The notes beneath the pieces were generated by a model. The model saw only the letters and a list, made by a program, of their open reading frames with translations. It did no database searches and was not told the DNA's origin. A DNA stretch of 64,000 nucleotides from Octopus sinensis (Eukaryota): contig NC_043000.1 in NCBI RefSeq assembly GCF_006345805.1, positions 129,084,001 to 129,148,000 on the forward strand, given 5' to 3'. Positions 35,200 through 48,350 of the stretch are shown here, piece by piece (the first letter of the stretch is position 1; every line of letters begins with the position of its first letter). The translations under genes were made by a program, and so were the position numbers.

Positions 35200-35985
35200 T
35201 GTCACTGTTGCTCCATCCATTGTTCTGTAGGTGGTTTTTGATAAATGAGAGGGTTTTACCACCATTGCCCTCCTGCATTTTTTGCTATGATATATCAGTT
35301 CATCAGGAATCATAGACAACAGAATGTCCAAGTTTTGTTAAAATATTTCTACATCCATTTCACACAGATCTTTGCTCCTCAGCAGAATCTGTAGACATCT
35401 TCATTCTCTGCTGCCAACTGATATTGTCTACTAACATCAGCTCAGCAACAGAGAAACCACTAGATGAGAGAAATGGTTTACACACTCCCTCAATAGAAGA
35501 GTGGTGCCAGGTGGCCTCAAAGTGATAACGGCTGTGTGTCATTAAACTGAACCCATAAACAGTTCAGGGTTGTTGTAGGTCTTTTAACCCTAAGCTCATT
35601 ACATGTTATATGCAAACCTAAGCTTGCAATATGTTAGAGGGCTGATTGCAAAATGCTAGACATTTGTCAGCATTATACTGCAAATTGTTTTCTACAGTCC
35701 ATTAGTATATTACAATGAGGCCTTTCTGGAGGTCTTTCATATGATAGGGATTCTTGATTGCTTTTGATATATTCATATTGTCAGTGTCAGAGTGGCTGTT
35801 GCTGTAACTGAGAGCATGTCAAATAGAGAAACTACAAACAGCAGTGGTCTCAAGACGGTTTACTAAGAGAGTCCACTTTGAATTATTAAGTCCGTTCAAA
35901 GAGCACCACAGAATGTAACAGCCTCTTAAAAAGACATGCAGCCACTCTCAGCTCCTAGTTTTCCAATTATGCCAAGTTCACGTAA
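35200..35985 (-). pseudogene. CR1-like LINE reverse transcriptase/C-terminal remnant
   Basis: Minus-strand pieces LGIIGKL, PLLFVVSL.DMLSVTA, and F*QNLDILLSMIPDELIYHSKKCRRA, similar to the C-terminus at 19720. Confidence 0.7.
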
Positions 35986-37079
35986 TTTGTGATAAATCAT
36001 TCCATAAGCAACTTTATTAAAGATCTTTATAAAATTCTGATAAACAACATTCACATTTTAATAGTTAGATGCCGCCACCAACAATGACAACAACAACAAT
36101 AATAATAATAATAATAATAATCCTCATCATCATTCTGATGTCCATTTTTCTATGCTTTCATGGGTCAAATAAAATTTACAAAGACAAATTTTCTACAGCC
36201 TGAATTCTTCCAGTTGCCAACCACACCTGTTTCCAAGCCAGGTAATATTTTGTCAAAGTTGAATATGTTTTTACAGTAGGTCAGAAATGAAGGATACTGG
36301 TTGTATGATGGTGATATTCATTCAATATTTATTGCATGATGTAAGACAAGGACATGCATGCACGTACAGGCACACACTTCTTTCAGTTTCTGTCTCACAA
36401 ATCAACTCACAAAGATTTGATTAAACCAGGGCTACAGTGGAAGACACTTACCCAAGGTGTCATACAGTAGGACTCAACACAAAATATATAGTGGGAAAGC
36501 ATACTTTTTAACTACACAACCATGCTTGCAACAATACACAGTCGTAATGATGTGGAAGCTGTGGGTAGCAACTTCTTAAATGGAAACCATACTGAGTGTT
36601 GGGTAGCAATTCATTTTCTTCTGCAAACATGATTATTTTCTCTTTGCATGTTTGTTCCACGAGTTTTAGTAATTAAGCATCCTTCTCTCCCAAAACATTT
36701 AGCAAAGGGAATAAACTGACCTCACTGTTCCAGAAGAAAAGACAAGAATGTTCACAAGTCAATCCAATCAAGATTAATATAGGATTACTCAACAACAACA
36801 ACACAATCAAATGATTTTCTGTAACATACTGTAAAACTCAAGACTGTCACCTGTAATTTTACACCACACAAAAGCCTGTTAAATTAGCATTTGCCTCTTT
36901 TAAACTATTTATTATCACTTTTTAATTTTTTTTTAATTTAAAAATATTTCAAATTTAAAAAAAATTAAAAATAAATACATGAAATACCAAATGAAAGGGT
37001 GTGTTTCCATACGAACATTGACTTGGGGTTTTGCTAACCTATATTTACTAACATTGAGCAATTATTATTCATTCATTAC

Positions 37080-37113
<34 letters not shown>

Positions 37114-37809
37114 CCAATAAGTTCAGTCTCTCCATTACAATGTCTCTCTCTTAAAATCCCCAGACATACATTGACACAGTTGAAGCAGAAAGTCTACTTA
37201 GGTACGGTGTTGTGCCACCAGCTCATTGGGTTTCATTTCAAATCATCATTAGGAATTTCATTAAAGAGTATTAAGGGGTAGTATTATATATTCTACTTAT
37301 CTCAGTCCACCAAGCTGGTGAGCAACAAGTACCAAATATTTAGGAATGTTAAGGTGAAGAATTGACAAAATTGTTAGAGCTTCAGACAAAATGTTTTGCA
37401 ATATTTGTTCCACTTCATTGCATTCCAAGTTCAAATCATACTGTGGTCAACTTTACCTTTCATCCTTCCAGTCATTATATACAATACTAATCAAGAGTTC
37501 TTCTTCTCCTCCTCCACCTCCTTCTTCTTCCAATCGGGACTCATGCCATTAGCCACAAAGAATAATCTCTAATTCGAGCCTACTCTAAGCTACTAAGAAT
37601 GCGTGTGGCAACCTGAAGATCCACCCACCATACACGATAGACTGGCAGTTGCACGGGCACGAAAGCTACGTTGTTATCCTCATTCCGCAAACGGTGGCTT
37701 TTAACGGGTGGAGAGCTGAACCATCCTGGGGTACAGAGGATTTGCAATCTAGACTAGGGTCTGAAAGTTTACCACACCATAGTGGGTTACACCATGGTTA
37801 CTCTGCTTT

Positions 37810-38010
37810 GTGGCAGAAGTAGGAAGAAAGAGTGAGAGAAAATTGTGGCGAAAGAGTACAGTGGGGTTCACCACCACCTCCCTGCCGGAGCCTCATGGAG
37901 CTTAAGTGTTTTTTCTCAATAAACACTCACAATGCCCGGTCTGGAAATTGAAACCGCGTTCTTACAACCGTGAGTCCACTGCCTTGACCACTGGGTCATT
38001 GCGCCTCCAC
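37810..38010 (-). mobile_element. SINE family D (partial)
   Basis: Matches 759-1046. Confidence 0.8.
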
Positions 38011-38226
38011 TGCAGTATTTGTGCTAGTTCTATGCATTCTGAGTTCAGATCACACTAAGATAAACTTTCCCTTCCATCCTTCCAGTGTCAATAAATAAAT
38101 ACCAGTCCAAACAGAATTATCACAGCATTTGACAAAATGCTTCCTGATATTTGTGTGCCTTTTTATGTTTTAAGTGTTCGGGCAACTTTAGCATAATCAT
38201 CTGTGTTTAGCCCAGTGTTTCTCATG

Positions 38227-38548
38227 GAAAGCACATGGTTTAGTGATTAGGGAATTCGACTGATGATTGTAAGGTTGTTAGTTCAATTCTTGATAGCATG
38301 TTGTGCCCTTGAACAAGATACTTTATTCCACGTTACTCCAGTCCACTCAGCTAGCAAAAATAAATTGTATCTGTAATTCAAAAGTGCCAGCTTTGTCATT
38401 CTGTGTCACACTGAATCTACCTGAGAACTATGTTAAGGGTATGCATGTCTGTAGAGAGCTCTGACACTTGTACATTAATTTCATGAGTAGGCTGTGCTGG
38501 TGATCAGATCCAACTGGAATACTTGTCATTATAATTGACGGAGAGCCA
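38227..38548 (+). mobile_element. SINE family C (diverged)
   Basis: aagcacatggtttagtg...gttcaattc...ccttgaacaagatacttt. Confidence 0.8.
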
Positions 38549-39455
38549 AGCCATTTCTCAATGAGAAGGCCTGTAAGGATTGTAAAGGAGGTGGACAAAT
38601 TACCATGTTGAATAAAATTGAAATATTTTAAAGTTTTTAAACATGTCCACCACGATGACAAATAATGGATTTATGCAGATGTATTTATATAGAGGTTAGG
38701 ATGTCAAAAAATTTCACCAGTATTTCTTTTTGTGGGTTGAAGGGCTGCTGGTGTTTTTCAGCCTAAGAATCACATTTCTAGTAGACATGATGAAGCTAAA
38801 ACAGTTCCTAAAGGAAGTCAACAGGAAACTAACTTTGCATTTTCTCCATTAAAATTCACTGATAAGCACACAGCACTTCTCAAGGAGTCACTAGGGGCCA
38901 TTTGATGACTTGATGGCATGAGGAAGATCTTGGAATGTTAGTTGTGGCATATTGTAATCCTGCCCCAGGAATAATTAATCATACATCCACTGAATGTGAT
39001 CATAAGGCTAGTACTAACAAAAAGCTGTCAAGAGCATTTTCATACTACCTTTTATATCAAACATGCATTCAGATTTCTTTTTTACATACATTCAAACACC
39101 TTTACCAACACTGCTACCACCACCAACAACAAACTACACAGTCACCAAACAATGACTCAAGTAAGGTTTATCAAGAATGCATGCAACATTACTACCTCCA
39201 CCACCATCAACAACAACACAAACACAATAATAGAGGACTATATTTAATGTATACAAAGAAATAACCATATAGAGAAATATATTATGGTCATTGTACTTTA
39301 AGCCAATCCTTCCTGAAACTCCTATTCTAGTCACAACAAATTGCAAATAACTGTGAAAAAATGTAAATAGGAATAGTTTAACACACACAATGAAAGGAAA
39401 CTATTTAAAACAGAAGACCAATCGCTCATGCAAGGGACACAATTCATTGTTACAA

Positions 39456-39684
39456 TAACCTGTTTGTTACAGTATTTCTTTTGAGATGCTCTGTGTTTCT
39501 TTCAATTAATTTTGAATATGATAAAGAATTTAGTACAATAACCTTGTTATCATTAAGCTAGTGTCAGGAACACAAATTGTGACTAAGATTTGGTGGAAGA
39601 TTTTAATTCAGAACTTTTGAAAACAAGACATTTGTACTATAGAGCTAGAGGTGGTTTCATGTGGGTTGGTATCAAAAGGGTTAA
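39456..39684. mobile_element. piggyBac-type MITE (second family)
   Basis: Reverse complement of 45183-45410; ends aaaagggTTAA. Confidence 0.8.
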
Positions 39685-40199
39685 CAAAGAATAAATCTAA
39701 ACATTTAGCAGTGACATTACTAAGAGCACTAAACCCACATTTGTAGTTTTTATGGAATTAAAAGATTTTACCATCACTTATGGCATCCATGTAATAATAA
39801 TTCAGGAAATATTCTTACTATTAGAAAACAGACACCCACCATTCCAAATATGTTCAAATCAAATTAGACAAGTCCTTTTAGCATACATATCAGAAATAAC
39901 ATTTATAAACAAATAAGGGAAAAATACTAGAAATGCAGGCTTTTAAAATAAAACTAGAAACACACACATATACATACACACACATACACACACACACACA
40001 TAAGCCCAGATGTGGCCTTAGACATACACATAGCTATGTAGTTAAGGAATTCACTTCACAACCACAAAGTTTCACATTCAGTTCTACTGTGCATCACATT
40101 GGGCATGAGTCTTCCATTATAGGTCTGAGTCAACAAAGGCCTTACGAGTAAATTTGGTAGATGGAAACTGAAAGAAGCTTGTACATACACACAATTTGG

Positions 40200-40395
40200 G
40201 TATGTGTGTACATGTGTGTGTGTGCGTGTACATATGCATGTATGTGTATGTACATGTGTATGTGCGTACATATGCATGTATCTATGTGTGTGTATATGTG
40301 TGCGTATATATGTATGTGTGTGTATGTATATGTATGTATGTATGTGTGTATGTGTGTGTGTATATTTGTGTGTGTGTATATATGTGTGTGTGTAG
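40200..40395. repeat. (TG/TA)n microsatellite inside a SINE A remnant
   Basis: Direct observation. Confidence 0.9.
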
Positions 40396-41767
40396 AGGAA
40401 TAGAGAGGACAGTGGAAAGAGTGTAATATGTCCAGAATGTCCACTGCACTTTGTACAACTTATTTGTTCATATTGGAGTGTACAGTGTAGTCCTTAGCTA
40501 GACAAAGATAAGCTATGACTGGAAAGATTGATCAGTGAGCCACACCACATCGTTTGGCTAATTACCTATGTGCCCAAGGCTGACCTGGGTCTACATAACA
40601 TCAGACTTACAGAGGGGCCAACAAGGCAGCTTCAATGTAATTGCTCATCCCACTGTCTTTAAAGAAGGAGATACTTGACAATAAACTCCTAAATGTTTGA
40701 AAAATGAGATGAAATGGTCAAAGCTGGAATGCCTTTGATTGTAGGTCAGATACACACATGCACATACACACAAGATGAGCTTCTCTCAGTTTCCAACTAC
40801 CAAATCCAAAATCCACTCAAAAGGCTTTGGTTGACCCAGGGCTATAGTAGAAGACACTTTCCCAAGATCTCATGCAGCATGACTGAACCAAGACCACATG
40901 GTGGAGAGGCAAGCTTCTTATCCATGCAGCCATGCCTGGCCACCTCATGAAAAACAGAACCTCCAAAACTATAGATTTTATAAGGACGCAAACATAAGGC
41001 AATTGGTGAACCCACATTATTTTAAAGACACTTCTGAAAAGATGAAAATCTCAATTCATGTGGATTTTGCATTTATTTACAATGAAAAATAGTTGTTGAC
41101 CATCATCCATTCTGAACTGAATCTAAGCTAGGTATTTATGACAGAACATCTTGTTGAGAAACAACTAGTAACAGTTCCAATGAATTGCTTCACTCAACTC
41201 AAGGAATTAGATACAAAGAGAATAGTCAGCTGCCATTCATCAACATATATTCCACTGCTTCTATTTCATCTGCCAACACCATCACTGCCAAACAACAACA
41301 GCAACAGCTGCTGCTGCTGCTGCTACTACTACTACTACTACTACTACTACAGCTGTTGCCAACACTGATAAACAACCTGTAACACCAACAACCAGATCTA
41401 TCACCAGCACTGATACAAAAATATCTACTAGCACCATGGTAACACAACTGCATCTTGTAACACAACCACAAAACTTACATAACAATGGCAGCCACATTGT
41501 AAAGCATAAGCACTGCCACCACAACTACCAATACTACCATGACTATATAGGTCACCACTACACCAACATCTACCACCACAACAGAGTCAATGACCATATC
41601 TACTACCACCACAACTTCATGTAACACTACCTTCCACATCAAACAGCATGTCCATCACCATCATCACAACTATTGCATCAGCAATGAATTGCTATATTAG
41701 TTTCAAATTTTGACCAAAACCAGAAATTTCCAGGTAGAGGTAAGTCAATTACATGAACCCCACTGCT

Positions 41768-42125
41768 CATCATCATCATCATTGTTTAATGTCTGCTTTC
41801 CATGCTAGCATGGGTTGGACGAATTGACTGAGGACTGGCAAACCAGATGGCTGCACCAGGCTCCAATCTTGATCTGGGAGAGTTTCTACAGCTGGATGCC
41901 CTTCCTAATGCCAACCACTCCGAGAGCGTAGTGGGTGCTTTTATGTGCCACTGGTACAAGGGCCAGTCAGGCAGTACTGGCAATGGCCACACTCAAATGG
42001 TGCTTTTTATGTGCCACCTAAACAAGAGCCAGTCCAGCGGGACTGGCAACAATCTCGCTCAAATGTTTTTTCACGTACCACCAGCACAAGTTCCAGTAAG
42101 GCGACGCTGGTAACGATAGTAAGGT
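41768..42125 (-). mobile_element. RTE 3' UTR with ~3 repeat units
   Basis: catcatcatc...ttccatgctagcatgggttggacg...ttttatgtgccac units. Confidence 0.85.
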
Positions 42126-42500
42126 GACGCTCAACTGTAAAAGGATGAAGGGTAAAGTACAACTCAGTAGAATTTGAAATGCCACTACACCAGTTACTAC
42201 TTAATTCAAAACAAGACAGATAGATGGGATAGCCTTGAAGTCAAAGATTTTAAACTAACAGAGATATCTACTAGCACACTTGAATATCACCTGAGGAAAC
42301 ACAACTAGATCTCATTACACAAACAAACAGTTGCATAATCAAGTACCTGTATATATGGAGAACTACACTGTGTGAAAACAATTGTAGTGATTAAAAAAAT
42401 AACTGTCCAACCATATTCCCTCTTGTTGATTTCAATTTCTTCATGATAGATCATTAGTCACTACACACATTTTTTTTCTCTCCCTGTTTTTTCTGTGTCC

Positions 42501-42536
42501 CTTTCTGTAGAAGAGCGTAGGCTCAAAACGTAAAAG
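42501..42536 (+). ncRNA. Degenerate hammerhead motif in a short PLE-related element (about 42440-42620)
   Basis: CTTT CTGTAGA A GAGC gtag GCTC AAAAC GTA AAAG. Stems I and II perfect; A6U and G12A core changes; element ends in (TA)n. Confidence 0.6.
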
Positions 42537-44214
42537 ACTCTTTCTAATCCTGAGCATTATACTAATACATCTGTTTGTTTTGTACACTTCGTCTTTTGTT
42601 TTTTTCGTAAACTCTCCCTATATATACATATACACACAGACACACACATATATATGTAGTGAAGGCATGTGACTTAGTGGTTAGGGTATTTGGCTCAAGA
42701 TCACAAGGATGTGAGTTTGGTTCCTGGCAGCACACTGTGTCCTTGAGCAAGACACTTTATTTTACATTGCAACACTATTGGATGACACATAATGTTGGCC
42801 AAAATAGAACTGAAATAATAACCAAATTGTGAACAAACAAGCTCATATGTAAATAAAAGAGCAAAGCTTTTTGTTCTGTGAAATGTGTCATCAAAATCTT
42901 AAGTAATTTTTCCAGTCGTATGTGTCCTCAATTATAAATAGATGTTCTAAAAATACTTAGAGAAATCCATGTTGATGTGTATACACACACACACACACAC
43001 ACACACAAACTCCTCCGCTGCCTATTCAGAAATAAAAAGAAAATACAAAAAAAAAAAAAGAAAAGAAAGAACTAAATGACAAAGTCAAAATATTACCTAA
43101 ATTGTAAAAATTGATGAAAATACATAAAGATAGTTCCCTGACCTACATTGTTTGAAGGTTTCAAAATTCGAAAGTAACTCTAGATGAAATGCTAAATATA
43201 ATATCCAATTTAAAAATTATCTCCTTGCTATTCTTTCCCACAAAACACACACACAATCTCCTTCTTAGAAGTTATACATTGAATTGCTAAAAAAAAGCTT
43301 CTTCCTCTTACCACACAAAGAAATTGATATTGCATAAATTTTCAGGATAACAACAACAACAAAAGCTGACAACAATGATGACAATCGTCATCATAATCAT
43401 AATCACCACCATCATTATCATTTTTATCATTATTATTATCATCATTAATATCATTATTATTATTTTCATTACTAAGATAATCAGAAATTGATAGCATGGA
43501 ACATAACACAGAGGAAACTATTAAAATGAAGTTCCGTTATCAAAAGAGAGAAAAAAAAAAACCAAAACAAAACGAAAATAAAAATAAAAGCAATAATTAG
43601 ATGACTTTGTGTCAAGAATTATTTCGTTGTGTAATTTACACTCAAGTAAATTTCATTAACGAGGTCATTTTTGCTAGAATACTAATTACCAAGTTTAACA
43701 TGATTTAAAAGGAAATTCAAGAAAGGCATCTGAAGAAATGAGTAAAACAATAAAAAATAAAAGTGGGAGAGAGAGAGAGAGAGAGAGAGAAATTGTTTCC
43801 AATTTGATTGATTACTTGATTCTTTATAATAGAATTAGTTCCAGCTGCAACAAATTTGTGATTCGTTGAAACAGAAGCCAACCAGCTGTTGTGAATTAAT
43901 GATATCATTACTTCATAATGGAACTTTGTTGACTCGGTAACATTGACACTAACAGCTAAAGAATTTGCAAGAGAAAATTAATTTTCAGAATTAGGTTTAA
44001 ACGCATCAAATGCAGTGTAACAGAGAACGAGGCCCTAGTTACACATTTTGTTGCTTACCCCCAGGTAAACCTTGACAGGTAAAGTGGCAAGGTGACAGAA
44101 TTGCTTAGTGACATTTCTTCCAGCTCTTTATGTTCTGAGTTCAATCCCACAAAAGTCAGCCTTGCTTTTCATTCCTTCGGAGTGAATAAAATAAAACCAA
44201 GATCCCTGGTGCCA

Positions 44215-44538
44215 TGCTGTCTTCAAGAAGACCTGTACTCTGCAGCAGATGTGTTAAGACTGGTCCCTCTAGGGTAAAGCACTTGTGGTCCCATATAAAA
44301 GCACACATGCAATGCCATGTAAAAGCACCTGTGCAGCACCACATAAAAGCATCCATGCGGTGCTATGTAAATGCACCCAACACATTCTGTAAAGTGGCTG
44401 GCATTAGGAAGGGCATCCAGCCATAGAAACCATGCCAAATCGGACTGAAGTCTAGTGCAGCTCCCCAGCTTTCCGGCTCTGGTCAAACTATTCAGCATGG
44501 ACAATGGAAGTTAAATTATGATAACGATGATGATGATA
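44215..44538 (+). mobile_element. RTE 3' tail with short aaaagcac repeats
   Basis: gtggctggcattaggaagggcatccagcc...gatgatgatgat. Confidence 0.75.
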
Positions 44539-45170
44539 AATACTGGGATTAATGTAGCTGACTTGCCCACTACTCTCAAAATTGCTGACCTTAATTCATG
44601 CAATGGACTGGCATCCTATTCTAGGGGAACACTGTGTTCTCGGCTATTTATATGCCACAGAAACCAGGTAAGTGGACTGATGAGCCGTAAGACTTAAGAA
44701 AAATAAACCTGATCAAAGGCATTCCAGCCCTGACCATCTCAACATTCTTCTTTTTGTTGTTTTCAGGTCTTGTACATGGAGGACTACATTATCCAACATG
44801 TCTTGTTTTTGTCTCACCCATGAGCATTCAGATTATTTTGTCAAATGTAATGTTTATTTATTCACATTGTTTTGGATTAACCATGGCTTGTCTTGCAGTT
44901 TTGTGATTTCAATGATATGATTGTTTACTTTAAGAATGACATTACAAATAGTCTGGATCTGGTCAGTTTGAACATAAAACAGGTAGATGCCATGTAAAAC
45001 CACTTACCTGGTTTCTGTGGTATATAAATAACAGAGAGCACAATGTTCCCCTAGAATGGGATGTCAGTCCATTGCATGAATTAAGATCAACAATTTTGAG
45101 AGGAGTGGGCAAGTCAGCTACATTAATCCCAGTATTTATCATCATCATCGTTATCATAATTTAACTTCCA
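44505..45170. repeat. 171-bp local inverted duplication
   Basis: 44505-44675 versus reverse complement of 45000-45170, about 10 mismatches, no indels seen. Confidence 0.9.
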
Positions 45171-45182
45171 GATATGGCCAGT

Positions 45183-45410
45183 TTAACCCTTTCATTACTA
45201 ACCCGGCCAAAACCGGCTCTAGCTCTGAGTACAAATGTCTTGTTTTCATAAGTTTTGAATTAAAATTTTCCACCAAACCTTAGTCACAATTTATGTTCCT
45301 GTCACTAGGTTAATGATAACTATGTTATTTTACAAAATTCTTTGTTATATTTAAAGTAATTGAAAGAAACACAGAGCATCTCAAAATAAATACAGTAACG
45401 AAAGGGTTAA
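45183..45410. mobile_element. piggyBac-type MITE nested in another MITE's TIR
   Basis: TTAA-CCCTTTC...GAAAGGG-TTAA. The host TIR tttaa|atgctaaa..gttaa is split at its TTAA. Confidence 0.85.
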
Positions 45411-46899
45411 ATGCTAAAAAGTTAAGACAGTAAGATGTGCAATTAGAAGTAGATTTGGTTGCTGTTTCTAGCAAGTCATGTAACCATACAAATGTTCTGT
45501 CATTGACTTACAGGGCTGAAGTATAATCGAAGTTCTAACATCTATTTTGTTTCAATAACAAACACTATACTGTATCACAAATGTTTTGAAAACTTGAATT
45601 TGGGGGCAGTATTTTTCCCTACAGAATGTAATACAACGACATCACAAATATTATATTTTGTTCATTCAACATGCATCATTTTATGGCTTTTTTTCCATGT
45701 GTGCATGAGTTAAATGGATAAATATTAATGAGGTATTGATTTTACAGCTGAATGCACTTCCTGTCATTAAACTATTTTTCAAGTATGTTTTCATTTCAGT
45801 CAACTTTGAAAGCATACAGCCACTGCTTGATTTGTTGACAGAAATGTCAACAAATATCAATATCTGTAGCTCAGCTCAAACTAGAATGTACACATTCACA
45901 CAGACTCCCTCTCTGTCTATCTCTCACACACACACACACCAAAGATATTTCAGATGTAATCTTCTTGTCTGTTTTTCCAGATGCTATATTTAGGACAACA
46001 TAATCCAGTGTGCCCTTCCTTACCTTAAGATAATAGGGTGCACTATGAGGGAGGGTTGTCTGCTATTTTTAGATGGTCGCACAACCGTGTGCAGTCTTCC
46101 TTGGTTGCTTAATTTACCATTGAGTGGTGTGATTCTGAGGTGAAATGTTTACACAATGACTGGAATGTGTCACTCTGTATCATAGTGTTTATAGTATGTT
46201 AGTCGACTGGTTCTTAACCTGGGTGGTAACACCCCACTGGGGGACATTGTAAGCTGAAGTGGAGGCAATAAATGTCAAAAAGATATTATGAAAATTCTGA
46301 GTGTTTAGAAAGGTTCTGATTTTTATTAGAGATAAAATAATTAAACCAGATAATATACTTCATTTTAAAGACATTTCCAAAAAGGTCTTTGTTGAGATAT
46401 GAATATGAGCTAGACATTGTGTTATCAGTGAGTAGAAACGTGACTGATGATCGATCAATCATCAGGATTAACATCCACATGTTCATGCTTACATGAGTGA
46501 GATGGAATTTGTTGAAGTAAATTTTCTATGTCCAGATGCCTTTCCTGCCGCCAACCCTCACCTATTTCCAAGAAAGGTAACATTTCCCATGGTCAGGCAT
46601 GTTTTCCCATGAAAACTGAAAATGCACATCATAGCTTGTATAATGGTCCTGTCAGAACAACAGTACACAAGCATACACACATTATACACACACATACAAG
46701 CACACACACACAATGACCTTTCAGCTTCCATCTATCAAATCCATTCATAATGGTTAGATTGGTCTGGAGCTGCTGCAGAAAACATTTACCCAAGGTGTAT
46801 ATTTATTTTCACACTCACTTTCTATGCTAGCATTGATGTGATAGGTTGTCATGATTTTATTTAAACCTTATTTAGAGTTACCACTCTCATAGACATCAT

Positions 46900-47175
46900 C
46901 ATCACCATCATCATCGTTTAACGTCCGCTTTCCATGCTAGTATGGGTTGGACGATTTCACTGAGGACTGGCGAACCAGATGGCTGCACCAGGCTCTAATC
47001 TGATCTGGCAGAGTTTTGACAGCTGGATGCCCTTCCTAACGCCAACCACTCCGAGAGTGTAGTGGGTGCTTTTATGTGCCACTGGCACAAGGGTCAGTCA
47101 GGCGGTACTGGCAACAGCCTCGCTCAAATGGTATTTTTTATGTGCCACCTGCACAGGAGCCAGTCCAACAGCACT
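46900..47175 (-). mobile_element. RTE 3' tail with ~2 repeat units
   Basis: Match to the other copies. Confidence 0.88.
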
Positions 47176-47663
47176 GGCTATGTCTTGCTCAAAATAGTCC
47201 ATTTTTTGGCATGGCTTCTATGCCAGGATGTCTTTGGCTCACACCTGTAAGGCTGTGAACCGAATACCGTAGATACAAAGCCATGCGCCTTCTTGCGACC
47301 CCCAAGACTTATTTTCTTATTTTCAATGCAATATTACCAAGAGGAAGGACAGAAGAATTAGTCAGAGAGGAGAGCAAGTGTGCAATATAGGAAGCAAATA
47401 GATAGTGTATTGGGTAGGTGAGAGTGAGATTAGTGAAAGAGAAGTGAGAACATGATAGGAAAAACAATGTGATAGTACTGTGAATAGGAATGAGCATGTG
47501 TGAGACAGTGATAGAAAAAATAGTGAGATGGTATGAAAGAAAAGATGGGAGCTTAAGTGGTCACACAGCCTGCAAGAAATAGCAGCCAAATGTGTCTTGA
47601 ATTACACCCTGTCATCTTAGAAAAGAGCGGCACATTGGATAGTGTAGTCTTGCATGCACTGTC

Positions 47664-47725
<62 letters not shown>

Positions 47726-47889
47726 AGAAAAAGAGAGAGAGAGATAGAGAGAGAAAGAAAAAGAGAGAGAGAGAGAGAGAGAAAATAGTCATGGCTGGAT
47801 TATATTTGATCATTGGTCTGCTTGATCAGGGTTTAAACAACAACATTTACTTGATTCTGTTTCCTTTCCCCGTAATCAACAATATGGTA

Positions 47890-48130
47890 CCCACAAGAGC
47901 CTTAATTATACACCAGTGGTCTGTAGTCCTTGAGAACTTCTGAAAAAGCAACATCATTGCTCTTGACATCATTGAGGCCTTTAGCTATGAGAATCTCTAA
48001 GCTAAGTTACCAATCTAAAGCTTTTTTTATCTCTCAGATCAGAATAAGTTTAATGTTAGACTGCTCTATACTAGTGATGAACTCTGACTAACCAATGTTG
48101 TATCAACTTTAGTGTACCTTTTCTTTCCCA
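47890..48130 (+). pseudogene. CR1/jockey-like RT fragment
   Basis: HQWSVVLENF*KSNIIALDIIEAF...ENL*AKLP, similar to the RT domain 3 motif ALDISKAFD.V.H..LL.KL. Confidence 0.6.
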
Positions 48131-48253
48131 ACAGTAATTACCTCAAGATTACTGCTCATAATCACAGATACTCCTAAATGCAGACGTATGTGCTATTATT
48201 GTGCCTTGTTCAAGTTTAGTACAAAATGAAACTCAAATAATCAAATTACATAC

Positions 48254-48350
48254 TTAAGTCAGTTGTCCCCTCTCTAGTAGTTTCCATGCTTTCGGTAACC
48301 AGCAGTTGAGTCTCTTCTTTCACATCTTCACTAGGTTCCTTTGGATTAGT
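48254..48350 (-). CDS. Candidate host-gene exon (97 nt)
   Basis: Acceptor ttttgtatcttttctag, donor GTATGT. Only one open frame: TNPKEPSEDVKEETQLLVTESMETTREGTTDL. Confidence 0.55.

Noticed and set aside
38570-38656. CKDCKGGG (DnaJ-type CxxCxGxG) motif
   Set aside because: Single motif in a short frame ending in a stop, no splice sites, next to a SINE and a cagtgtttctca hAT-like end. Likely chance.
41180-41640. Thr/His/Tyr-rich ORFs resembling mucin or low-complexity protein
   Set aside because: Decayed trinucleotide repeats (CAA/CTG/CTA/CAC) without splice signals.
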